From: a virus
Lineage: Duplodnaviria; Caudoviricetes
IMG/VR virus record: IMGVR_UViG_3300027819_000026
Coordinates: 1-40,805 of that record
Length of the DNA stretch: 40,805 nt
Reading direction: 5' to 3' (one strand)
The position numbers and the translations under genes were made by a program. Of this stretch, positions 17,501 to 26,066 are shown piece by piece; positions within the stretch are counted from its first letter, which is position 1; the number at the start of each line of letters is the position of its first letter. The notes under the pieces are model-generated. The model saw only the letters and a program-made list of their open reading frames with translations, had not been told where the DNA came from and ran no database searches.

Positions 17501-18529
17501 TTAATCAACAATTCTTACTCGTTGAGGTTGTCCGTCAACAATCATTTGAAAGATATCTCCTGCTTGCAAGCCTGCTGCTCTAGCTTCGACTTCAGAATTG
17601 TAAACACTAGAAACTTCTCTTGGAGTTCTTGGCTGTGAAGGCCCTGCTGTTGGAGTATTCGTTCTAATAGTTGGCTGTGCCATTGTAGCTTGACCAGACG
17701 GCGCAACAAACGTCGGCATTTGTTGTTGCTGTTGTGCGGGAACAGTTTGCCAGTAAGGATTAAGTGTTTGGAGGATGTTTGATAAACCAGATCGAAAACT
17801 AGCTGGTGTTTCTTGAAAAGCACCACGAGCAATTTCACCTTGAACACCTGGAGGCATTCCAGTGTTTTGAGTTGCCGCCGGACGTTGTGGATTGACAACA
17901 AAAGATGGTTGAGTTGGCTGTTGTCCAGGTGCCACAATCTGTCCAAGTGCAGCCATAGTCCCAGCGGGCACTTTAGTTGTTCCAAAAATCATCTGCCCGT
18001 CTGGACCAACCGAAATGTCAGCTTCGCCTACTTGTCTTTGTAAGTAGTCTATAGGCTTACCCGTAGCTGCAACAAAACTTTGCGTTGGGTCTTTACCAAT
18101 TTGTGAGCCAAGGAAGCCCATCATTTGAATGGTTTGTGATGCTGCTGTTTCTGGATCAAGCTGTGAAAACGCACGAACAAGCCGAGAACGGTTTTGCGGC
18201 GTGTTGCCTTGAGTTGCTATTTGTAAAACAGCTTCGTCAATCAGCCCCGGAGCATCAATCTTACCTTGTTCACCAACTTGTTTGGTTTTTGCAAGCCCAG
18301 TCTCAGCAGTATAAAGCCCTCCACGTAATGTATTCAGGTTCTCTCTACTAGCCACTTCCCTTTGTCGAAGCCCATACTCTTGCATCCCCATCATGTTTTG
18401 AAGTTCTCGCTGGCGTTGCGTGGCCCGTAGTTGTGGAAGCTGCATCCAAACATTACCAAGGCTACTCCCAAGGTTTTGACCTAACGCCGACGCATCCTGC
18501 ATCAATGATCCAGAAAGATAATTAGTCAT
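17501..18529 (-). CDS. internal virion (ejection) protein
   Basis: Q/G-rich, position among podovirus ejection genes. Confidence 0.65.
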   Translation of the reverse strand: MTNYLSGSLMQDASALGQNLGSSLGNVWMQLPQLRATQRQRELQNMMGMQEYGLRQREVASRENLNTLRGGLYTAETGLAKTKQVGEQGKIDAPGLIDEAVLQIATQGNTPQNRSRLVRAFSQLDPETAASQTIQMMGFLGSQIGKDPTQSFVAATGKPIDYLQRQVGEADISVGPDGQMIFGTTKVPAGTMAALGQIVAPGQQPTQPSFVVNPQRPAATQNTGMPPGVQGEIARGAFQETPASFRSGLSNILQTLNPYWQTVPAQQQQQMPTFVAPSGQATMAQPTIRTNTPTAGPSQPRTPREVSSVYNSEVEARAAGLQAGDIFQMIVDGQPQRVRIVD

Positions 18530-18533
18530 AACT

Positions 18534-19166
18534 TTATCTTATTGCTCCACGAAGAACTCCAACTCGATTCGAAATGTTTTGTTGCCATGCTGGAACTCCT
18601 GGTCTAGTTACACCAGCCAATCCAGTTAACATCCCAGCAGTTGACATTAAGCTTCCAAGCCCAGAAAGGTTTGCTGAGGATTGTCCTGCTAACTGTGCTT
18701 GTATCGGAGTTAAGTTTGCCGAACTCTTAGCCAAGTTACTAATAACATTAAGCTGATTTTGAACATCTGCTGAATTGAGTCCCTGCCCAACCTGCCAAGC
18801 TCTAAGTCCTTGCAATGCCGCTTGAGCCTTCTGTTGCTGTGCAATCTGTGCATTTGTTCTTGCAACTTCAAGAGGGGAAGCGGCGTATGGGTTAACAATT
18901 CCGTTTAACGGAAGTCGGTTAATCTGACCATACAAATCCGTTGCTTCCTGTGTTCCAGTTCCAATTTGCTGTTGAGCGTTAACAGGACCAGTTTGTTGCA
19001 ACGCTTGTTGAAACACTGGGCTTGCCTGTCGTTGAAACTCTTCTTGTTGTTGCAAGCCGGATTGGATTGCACGGTTTGCAGCGTTCCTACCACTAGATGC
19101 CGCAGCCATTGACGTGCCTGTTCCTGCTGCTGCAATACCCATTCCTAATAAAGTCAAAAAGCTCAT
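18534..19166 (-). CDS. internal virion (ejection) protein, Gly/Ala/Gln-rich
   Basis: Hydrophobic GA-rich N- and C-terminal helices typical of small ejection proteins. Confidence 0.65.
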   Translation of the reverse strand: MSFLTLLGMGIAAAGTGTSMAAASSGRNAANRAIQSGLQQQEEFQRQASPVFQQALQQTGPVNAQQQIGTGTQEATDLYGQINRLPLNGIVNPYAASPLEVARTNAQIAQQQKAQAALQGLRAWQVGQGLNSADVQNQLNVISNLAKSSANLTPIQAQLAGQSSANLSGLGSLMSTAGMLTGLAGVTRPGVPAWQQNISNRVGVLRGAIR

Positions 19167-19169
19167 AGG

Positions 19170-19772
19170 TTAATAGTAGAAGTTTCCAGTCCGAACTTTT
19201 CCACCAGCCGGACTAACAACAAATGGATAAGACGGTTGAGAGTAACGATTAACTTGATCGGCCAAATAAATGTTTGAGAAGTTCTGAAACATGTTGGCTA
19301 GTGGTGAAAGCAATGATGGAGCCTGTATTGAAGCCGCACCTGCAAGGGCTTGTTGACCAGCTAACGTTGGGTCCGTTGATTGTTGAAGTTGGTTAATTAA
19401 AGCCGTCTTTTGGTTTTGCACTTGCTGACGTAAGTCTTGTCCAACTCCAAGAGATTGATTGGCTAGTAGGGTTGACGCCAATGAATTTTGTCGGCGTAAT
19501 CCCTGTTGAGCTTGTTGCCCAGCCGAACTCTGCAACAAACCCCTGTTTGACAAGCCTGAAGTTAATTGAGCAGTGTTTGCTTGATACTGATTAGCCAGTT
19601 GTGGTAATGCCGAAGCCAGATAATTCCCTTCTGCCTGCTTGTAGAACTCTGGCGTAAAACCACTAAAGGCGTTGTTAATCCGAGTAACGCCTTCTTGAAT
19701 GTTTTGTTGACGTTGCTCCTGTTGTTGTTGTAACAACCGTTCGGTGTTTCTTGATCCACTAGAAAAGCACAT
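19170..19772 (-). CDS. internal virion protein (MC-start, T7 gp14-like position)
   Basis: MCFSSGS start, Q-rich, LSNRGLLQSS motif; follows the GNAT-like gene. Confidence 0.65.
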   Translation of the reverse strand: MCFSSGSRNTERLLQQQQEQRQQNIQEGVTRINNAFSGFTPEFYKQAEGNYLASALPQLANQYQANTAQLTSGLSNRGLLQSSAGQQAQQGLRRQNSLASTLLANQSLGVGQDLRQQVQNQKTALINQLQQSTDPTLAGQQALAGAASIQAPSLLSPLANMFQNFSNIYLADQVNRYSQPSYPFVVSPAGGKVRTGNFYY

Positions 19773-19773
19773 A

Positions 19774-20136
19774 TTAGTGTAGGGGTTTTACAAAAAAGGA
19801 CGAATTTTTCATTTCAACAAAACCAATCTTTTCAAGAAAAGGACGAAGCGGCGAACTGTCTTCACAAGGCAAACCAACAAGAGCCTGTCCTTGTAATGCC
19901 AGTAGGTTTTCAACTACGTTAAGCGCATACCGGCTGTCTCGTGCTTGTGCACGTTGGGAATCAAGCCAAACAACCAAAGACGGAATAACACCAACGTAGC
20001 CAATGATTTGTTGGCCTTTTTCAACAATATAGCCCGGTGCAATCACAGCGTGATTGTCAACTGCTGCAAGTTTGCACAAAGGATCAATGTCTTGTGGCGT
20101 GCAAACCCGAACTTGTGTTATTTGCAAATCATTCAT
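19774..20136 (-). CDS. GNAT-like protein (T7 gp13-like position)
   Basis: VRxxxPQD, IVEKGQQIIGY, FLEKIGF; lies between nozzle and ejection genes. Confidence 0.6.
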   Translation of the reverse strand: MNDLQITQVRVCTPQDIDPLCKLAAVDNHAVIAPGYIVEKGQQIIGYVGVIPSLVVWLDSQRAQARDSRYALNVVENLLALQGQALVGLPCEDSSPLRPFLEKIGFVEMKNSSFFVKPLH

Positions 20137-21376
20137 CTTCAGTTGACTCGTAGTTAAACATAAGGCCAGAAAAGACAGCGGCTCCTGTTATCGCAGTAGT
20201 TGTTAGCTCTGCACTAAAATGAGTGCCTCTAGCGTTGTAAGGAACAATACCATCATCGAATGAGTAGGTTGTTGCCGCATATACAACATCCGCTGCTAAA
20301 ATCCCAGACTTTGGACTCATTCCACACTTGATTTGCCAGCCACCAATAAAGTCAGCTTGAATACCCTTTGCAATCTTAAACGTAACTGGTGAACGTAGGT
20401 CCAACCAAGGAAGTTGCACTTGAGCTTGTGTTGCTGATGTCCGATTGTAGTTGTTAAACGGTGCCGCAGTTCCACCGTAGTAATACAACTTCTTGGCTGT
20501 TTTGTCAAACGCCACAACCTGTCCGTTTAGCACAACGAACTTCGTTGGAACAAACGCCGAACCAACACTATCAATTGCCCGAAATCGGCTCCATGCCTTC
20601 ACACTTGAAGACGGGAAGTTGCTAAAGACGTAGATATAAGGCGTTGTTCCGTCATTTAAATAAAGCCAATACCGCCCAGAAGTTGGTTCTGTTATCCCTT
20701 GTGTAATGGCTGCGTTGCTTGGACTCGTCTGCACAGCCGCTTGGATCAATGAGTCAATCGGAGAACCAAGGTCGTCAACGTAAGCATCTTGAACGGCAAC
20801 TCTAGCTCGAAGGCTACGAATACCAGTATCACTCAAGAACATAACGTCCAAGTCACCAATAGACTGAACAGACGCTGGAGCCAAAGACCCAATGTTTTGT
20901 AGAACCTGCTCAAGTGCCCAAGCAAGCGGGTTTGCATCAATTGCCCAAACTTGAATTGTGTTTCGTGAGAAGAAAACAAGCCGACGTTGGAATGAAGCAA
21001 TCGAAACTAGATTCTCTGCTGTTCCAACCTTATTCGTCATTCTGATTTGACCTGCTGTCGTGCCTTCGTTTTCGTTGTTAAAGTCTGTCGGATCACCAAC
21101 AGCAGACATAAACACAAGAGGACCAGCAAGAACATATTCTTTGTCCTTAAAGGTGAAACAGAAGGTTCCAACAGCTCCAGTAAAACGTCCGGCTCCTGCT
21201 AAGAGAGTAAGCCCAGTTGTTAAGTCAGACAAAAGCACCGATGTTTTATCTCCAACAACACGAGTTCCACCAAAAGTCAATCCAGTTATTGGTCCAGACG
21301 AAGAAACTATAGGAGCCCCTCCAGTCATGCAACTAAGACTGGTTAACATCTGCATTGAGTAAGACGGTGTTGGCAT
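20129..21376 (-). CDS. tail nozzle/tail tubular protein B, C-terminal part
   Basis: Beta-propeller-like motifs LVFFSRNTIQVW, NIGSLAPASV, GDLDVMFLSDTGIRSLRAR, DLGSPID, AWSRF. Confidence 0.75.
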   Translation of the reverse strand: MPTPSYSMQMLTSLSCMTGGAPIVSSSGPITGLTFGGTRVVGDKTSVLLSDLTTGLTLLAGAGRFTGAVGTFCFTFKDKEYVLAGPLVFMSAVGDPTDFNNENEGTTAGQIRMTNKVGTAENLVSIASFQRRLVFFSRNTIQVWAIDANPLAWALEQVLQNIGSLAPASVQSIGDLDVMFLSDTGIRSLRARVAVQDAYVDDLGSPIDSLIQAAVQTSPSNAAITQGITEPTSGRYWLYLNDGTTPYIYVFSNFPSSSVKAWSRFRAIDSVGSAFVPTKFVVLNGQVVAFDKTAKKLYYYGGTAAPFNNYNRTSATQAQVQLPWLDLRSPVTFKIAKGIQADFIGGWQIKCGMSPKSGILAADVVYAATTYSFDDGIVPYNARGTHFSAELTTTAITGAAVFSGLMFNYESTEDE

Positions 21377-21377
21377 C

Positions 21378-23375
21378 TTAATACATTATTACAATGTTCG
21401 GACTTGTTACAACAACACCAGCAGAGTCAGTTATGGTGCAAAACACGTTAAAAAAGCCTTTTGGTAATAGTTCGGCTGGAGTCTTTAAAACTTCAATTTT
21501 AAACGCAGAGTAAATCAAAGTAGTTTGCTTCGTTCGATCTAAAAACGCAACATCGAATGGACAATCTTTAGGAATTGGACCAAACTCCCACAGGAACGAA
21601 TAAGGCGGTTTTCCGCCACTTGGGTCAACGTGAACAGACTTTCCATTAGTAATGGCATTAGAAGCATTAAGGCCGCGTCGAACGGTAACGCCTCCAATCC
21701 ACATCGCCCCAACAACTTCTTCGAGTATTGTTCCACCCTTTATAGTAGCAAGGGCAGAAGATGGTTGTCCGGCTCCAGAAGTAATTACAGCGTCTCCAGT
21801 CCAAAGTGCGTTAATTGCTAATATTGGGTCTTTGCAAGTAACAAGGTTTCGAGACAGGTAAAGCAAGTTACTACCTGTTGGATGATACGCTAAGACCTTT
21901 ACCCCGGCTATAGTAACCGAAGCTCGAACTGCCGTTGCAATAGCTTCAACATAGTCTGAAAGGCTTGAATATGCTCCGGGATAGTCTAATGAAACAGAAA
22001 GCCGATTTCCTCCATTAACGTTTATGTTTGTCAACGAAAAGGAAGTCCCAGAGAAATTCAGAATTGCAAAGTCGGTTGTGACGTTACCCTTTGTTTTGAC
22101 AGTCAATGTTGCATCGCCTGCACCAACCGCAACTGAGTAGATCGTAATAGTGTCTTTTCCAGCAGTAGCCTTGTAACCAGAAACACCAGAATTGGCGTTA
22201 ATAGCCGTGACAACAGCCACAACGGTTGTGTGAACGTCTGTAACAAAATCGACTTGGTCAGGAGCGCCAACTAACAACTCAGTTGAACCAACCTTCACTG
22301 AAACTATACCATTGTCAGAAGTAGGAGAACCTGGAGCACCACCAGTAATTGTAAACCCACCAACTGATTGTTTACCTTCATCCCCAGCCTTTGATGTTGA
22401 ATCAATAACTGCACTAATAACCGCAATGTCTCCAACATTAACAACGTCCGTGTTATACTGACTAGCTCCTAATCCCTGAATCGGACTTGTTGTCGGTGTT
22501 ACAGGCGAGTGTGTTCCTTTATACAAGTTGCCTGGAATATTCGCAACAGACTGAGCAAGCACGGCCATAAACTCATCTGTTGACATTGGATTGCCACTAA
22601 CACGGTCTTTTAAGATCAGACCTTCAAACGACTGCACAAGTGGGTTAGCCTCATACGGCGCAACACCATTACAGTAAAAAGCACAAATTGAATCATCGTC
22701 TAACCCAGCCAGCAACCAAACATAACCACCGTAAACGGTTGACCAAATAACTGAAGTTGCATTAGCACTTGGAATCAAGTATGCCTTAGCGTAAACCAAG
22801 TTCCCAGTAACGGTTATTGTAATTCGAGTCTTTGCATCGTTTCTAACCGAAGGCGGCGAATTGATCGTGAAGTATGCTCCTGTGCCTTGAGCCGAGTAAC
22901 CATGTGTTGCTGTTCCGGCGTTTATGGCTGCAATAACAGCCGTAACTGTGCCTGCAATAGAACTACTCCAAGCAACACTAGAAGCGATTGTAACAGCAGT
23001 CCCGCCGCCAACTTTCGGCGCTGTTATAGTTGTGCTACCAGACGTTCCACTGCTTAGGTTGACTTGACAACCATAAGCACGATAAATCCGATAGTAAGCC
23101 GTATTTGCAGGTAGCCAAGCTCCTGCCGCTGCATCAGCCTCACCGCCAAATAACACAATCCTGCTTGTTAATGCTTCACAGCCTAACAAAGCAGTAATCC
23201 CAGAAGGAACAGAAGGAGCGCATGAAACCGGCACAAAGGCTTTTCGTAGCTCAATTTGCCCACCTTGGTTCACAACAGCGTCTTTACACTCCAACAACGC
23301 ACCAGGCCGAGACGTTAACATTGAACGTCTTGTGTCCAAGCCGAATCGAAAATCTTGTAGAACCTCTTTAGGCAT
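21378..23375 (-). CDS. tail nozzle/tail tubular protein B, N-terminal part with inserted repeats and a C-terminal Ig/PKD-like domain
   Basis: N-terminus DFRFGLDTRR...PGALLECKDA...GGQIELRKAF; repeats TVxAVxxAINA...GYxA; SGGKPPYSFLW...TITDSAG. Confidence 0.7.
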   Translation of the reverse strand: MPKEVLQDFRFGLDTRRSMLTSRPGALLECKDAVVNQGGQIELRKAFVPVSCAPSVPSGITALLGCEALTSRIVLFGGEADAAAGAWLPANTAYYRIYRAYGCQVNLSSGTSGSTTITAPKVGGGTAVTIASSVAWSSSIAGTVTAVIAAINAGTATHGYSAQGTGAYFTINSPPSVRNDAKTRITITVTGNLVYAKAYLIPSANATSVIWSTVYGGYVWLLAGLDDDSICAFYCNGVAPYEANPLVQSFEGLILKDRVSGNPMSTDEFMAVLAQSVANIPGNLYKGTHSPVTPTTSPIQGLGASQYNTDVVNVGDIAVISAVIDSTSKAGDEGKQSVGGFTITGGAPGSPTSDNGIVSVKVGSTELLVGAPDQVDFVTDVHTTVVAVVTAINANSGVSGYKATAGKDTITIYSVAVGAGDATLTVKTKGNVTTDFAILNFSGTSFSLTNINVNGGNRLSVSLDYPGAYSSLSDYVEAIATAVRASVTIAGVKVLAYHPTGSNLLYLSRNLVTCKDPILAINALWTGDAVITSGAGQPSSALATIKGGTILEEVVGAMWIGGVTVRRGLNASNAITNGKSVHVDPSGGKPPYSFLWEFGPIPKDCPFDVAFLDRTKQTTLIYSAFKIEVLKTPAELLPKGFFNVFCTITDSAGVVVTSPNIVIMY

Positions 23376-23402
23376 TAGCTATAAACGTTAAGCTATTGAA
23401 AC

Positions 23403-23690
23403 TTACGGCTTTCGCTGTTCTAGCTTTACAATCCGATCCAACGCGTCGATCATCTCCTTCACCAACTGTTTCGTGCGCTCTTCCGCTACAGGATGAGTAG
23501 GGAGTGCAATGTGTGTTTCAACAGCGGTTCGCAACATGATGATTTGTGCCGAGATAAACTGAACTTCGGTCTTCAAGGTCGTTAGTTGATTTGTAAGATT
23601 CGACCAGCCAGTTAAAAGGGTAATCATTATACCACAACAAGCAAACAGTGTAGTCAACCAATTCCGAAACGCGTTTGGGTCATCTTTCAT
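23403..23690 (-). CDS. membrane protein with one TM and a coiled coil (holin/spanin-like)
   Basis: WLTTLFACCGIMITLLTGW followed by a heptad pattern. Confidence 0.6.
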   Translation of the reverse strand: MKDDPNAFRNWLTTLFACCGIMITLLTGWSNLTNQLTTLKTEVQFISAQIIMLRTAVETHIALPTHPVAEERTKQLVKEMIDALDRIVKLEQRKP

Positions 23691-24019
23691 GGTTTAATGC
23701 TCTGAATCGCGGCTTTAACGGCTCCATCCACAACAGACTTTACAAGCTCAGTTAGATTTGTTCCAACCTGGCTTTCTTGTCCAAGCCCTCCAACACTGGC
23801 ACCTTGTTTGAATTCGGTTTGTTCGGCTGTCCAGATTGCAAGTTTTGACTTAGCATCGGCGAACGTTCCACTCTTGGCGAGCGTGCTAATCTTTGTAATC
23901 TCTTTAACCTTGCCGTTCTCATAGTAAGCCTTCCGATAATCGACTTGTTTGGTTCCAAACCTAGCACAACCAACAACACTAACACAAATACAAAGGCAAA
24001 CCACTAGTTTTGTTTTCAT
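23687..24019 (-). CDS. lipoprotein
   Basis: MKTK + hydrophobic stretch + lipobox VVGC. Confidence 0.75.
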   Translation of the reverse strand: MKTKLVVCLCICVSVVGCARFGTKQVDYRKAYYENGKVKEITKISTLAKSGTFADAKSKLAIWTAEQTEFKQGASVGGLGQESQVGTNLTELVKSVVDGAVKAAIQSIKP

Positions 24020-24201
24020 TGTTTCTTTATAGAAATTCCGCTAGCTAGTGCCACAGCTTGCCAAGCGTCACGAGAAGACAACAACCTCTGATCTTCTTCA
24101 GCCTTTACTTTGTTAACCATGTTAACGGTCCACAATAACGTAAACACGAAGGTAAAAGTGTTTGTGACAAAAAGCAAGCAAACCCAATAGAACGTTGTCA
24201 T
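24016..24201 (-). CDS. small membrane protein
   Basis: N-terminal hydrophobic segment; ATGA coupling. Confidence 0.6.
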   Translation of the reverse strand: MTTFYWVCLLFVTNTFTFVFTLLWTVNMVNKVKAEEDQRLLSSRDAWQAVALASGISIKKQ

Positions 24202-24386
24202 TTGTCTTTCAGGCCAGCCTTTTCACTCGACACGTTATGATCCCGCGCTGCCAGGCCAAGCAGTAACGGCCCTAGTGCCAGAAAGAACTGGCCGATGCTA
24301 TGGATCATAGGTTCTGTGCTTTGCTGCAATGTTGCACCAAGCGCCGTGATGATGCCTGCTAATGAAGTTTTCCAGGAAGTTTTCAT
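24198..24386 (-). CDS. putative holin (2 TM)
   Basis: SWKTSLAGIITALG...FFLALGPLLLGLAARD + charged tail. Confidence 0.65.
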   Translation of the reverse strand: MKTSWKTSLAGIITALGATLQQSTEPMIHSIGQFFLALGPLLLGLAARDHNVSSEKAGLKDK

Positions 24387-24577
24387 ACTTCATCCTCAGT
24401 TCCAGCGCGTTCAATTATTGCTTCCAGGATTGCCATCTGACGCTTTTCCGTGACTGCCCGGAGTTTCTTGCCAAGCATTGCCAGCGCCGCCTTCCAGTGC
24501 CCGGCTGTGAGATTGATGCCGGTCGGGTTGTCCGACACAGCCAGGTCGTTTGCGAGATCATTCAAGTTGATTTTCAT
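24383..24577 (-). CDS. hypothetical protein
   Basis: ATGA-coupled on both sides. Confidence 0.65.
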   Translation of the reverse strand: MKINLNDLANDLAVSDNPTGINLTAGHWKAALAMLGKKLRAVTEKRQMAILEAIIERAGTEDEV

Positions 24578-24948
24578 GGTCGTGGAGTGAGTTTTGTTCG
24601 AGCAAGAATTGCGTTACTGAGCCACGCAAAACCATTCGGAGCGTTGGCCCAACTTATCATCTGAGCGGGCGTTAGCACAAACGTTCGGCGTTGGATGACA
24701 GACGTGTTCGTCGTGCCGTCGTCTTGCACATCGTCTCCCCACGCTTCGAGCAGAGCAATAACGACCGGAGTCCCGTTGGTGCCATTGATTTCGAGCCGTG
24801 GCAAGAAGCGCACCTTGGTTGCCGACAACCAGGGCGTGGGATTTACGTTGATGCTGTATTCGTTTCGATTGGCCATTGGCGATGGCCCAACAGCGGCGAA
24901 GACAAAGCTTGCGAGGGCAAGCGCAAGAAGGATAACTGATGTTTTCAT
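24574..24948 (-). CDS. exported protein (Sec signal peptide)
   Basis: MKTSVILLALALASFVFA|A. Confidence 0.75.
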   Translation of the reverse strand: MKTSVILLALALASFVFAAVGPSPMANRNEYSINVNPTPWLSATKVRFLPRLEINGTNGTPVVIALLEAWGDDVQDDGTTNTSVIQRRTFVLTPAQMISWANAPNGFAWLSNAILARTKLTPRP

Positions 24949-25292
24949 GGTTTTACTTTCACTTGATTTGTTGAGTTCTGAGACAAGACTTGGTTATTCG
25001 GCCACTCAGGAGAAATAATCAAAACCGCTTTTGGGTTCGGAGTGCTCAATGGCATTCCTATACGGCATACCCAACAGTCGGACAGTTCCTGCCATGAAGC
25101 GTGCCATTCGCAGCGATTCGCAGTGCAGTCAGGGTTGCCATAATGATTTCTTAGGTGCATCTCAGCAGTCATTAACTGGCTCATATCAATCACGGCACGT
25201 TCGGGAACCGATGGTTTGAGATTGCAACATGCGCTGCTCAGAAAACTCACTCCATAGAGCAGGAACGCGATGAGCCTTGTGAAGGTTTTCAT
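24945..25292 (-). CDS. putative lipoprotein, Cys/His-rich
   Basis: Start ATG 25292 (ATGA overlap): MKTFTRLIAFLLYGVSFLSSAC. Confidence 0.65.
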   Translation of the reverse strand: MKTFTRLIAFLLYGVSFLSSACCNLKPSVPERAVIDMSQLMTAEMHLRNHYGNPDCTANRCEWHASWQELSDCWVCRIGMPLSTPNPKAVLIISPEWPNNQVLSQNSTNQVKVKP

Positions 25293-25579
25293 TTCCAACT
25301 TGTAACGTGTTGTTCTTGATGTAAGCCACAAGCAGCGCATTGGCGGCAATTGACTCGGCTTGGTGAATATTCCAGAGTGTTATGGCTATGTTGACCCCAC
25401 ACATGCCCGCTGACTTGGCAAAAAGTGCCATCGGCTATAAGAATAGCAATGACATTAGTGATAGACCCATCCGCACGCATCTTCGCTATATGACGTTTTG
25501 CTTCGTCGTTTTGTGACGAGCCCAAAAGCATCGCGGTCAATCCAATCATTGCGAAGCTTATCGTAAGTCTAGCTTTCAT
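25289..25579 (-). CDS. signal-anchored protein with a Cys/His metal-ribbon motif
   Basis: Hydrophobic N-terminus; CQVSGHVW...CRQCAACG. Confidence 0.7.
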   Translation of the reverse strand: MKARLTISFAMIGLTAMLLGSSQNDEAKRHIAKMRADGSITNVIAILIADGTFCQVSGHVWGQHSHNTLEYSPSRVNCRQCAACGLHQEQHVTSWK

Positions 25580-25869
25580 GGCTTTTTCACTGAGTTTGTT
25601 GAGGGCATGATAACCGAATTTGTAGGGAAAACAAGATGTTGAACGCTCATGGTGACGTTCGTGGGAACGATTACGCTCACGTCACCGGCTTTGACCGAGT
25701 AGCCGACACGCGGAGCGGCCACAGTCAACTTGGTCAAGCCCGTGCGCTGATTGATCTCAATCACAAAGCTAGCGTCCTTGTCGAGACACTGCTTGGACAG
25801 CCGCTCGATTCGCGACGTGCCGCAGCCGACGAGCAGCAACCCAATTACCATGAGAACGCAGTATTTCAT
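25576..25869 (-). CDS. lipoprotein
   Basis: Start ATG 25869: MKYCVLMVIGLLLVGC. Confidence 0.78.
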   Translation of the reverse strand: MKYCVLMVIGLLLVGCGTSRIERLSKQCLDKDASFVIEINQRTGLTKLTVAAPRVGYSVKAGDVSVIVPTNVTMSVQHLVFPTNSVIMPSTNSVKKP

Positions 25870-26066
25870 GGCGTTAGATTGTCCAAACTCCCAATGATTT
25901 CCAACTTTGCGTTTGGCTGAAAACCTGGCGGGGTTATCGGAATTAGTCCAAAATTGTTTGTTGTCGCGAACACAAGGTGTTCTTTTTGCGCTGGCATAAC
26001 TCGCACTTGTGATTTGCCACAGCCAACGAGCAGCAACCAAACCGTTATGAGAGCAAGGTATTTCAT
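25866..26066 (-). CDS. lipoprotein
   Basis: MKYLALITVWLLLVGC. Confidence 0.75.
   Translation of the reverse strand: MKYLALITVWLLLVGCGKSQVRVMPAQKEHLVFATTNNFGLIPITPPGFQPNAKLEIIGSLDNLTP

Noticed and set aside
25870-26040. Extended starts for ORFs 25576..26040, 24945..25349 and 26063..27640
   Set aside because: Downstream ATGs (25869, 25292, 27607) give ATGA overlaps and clean signal peptides
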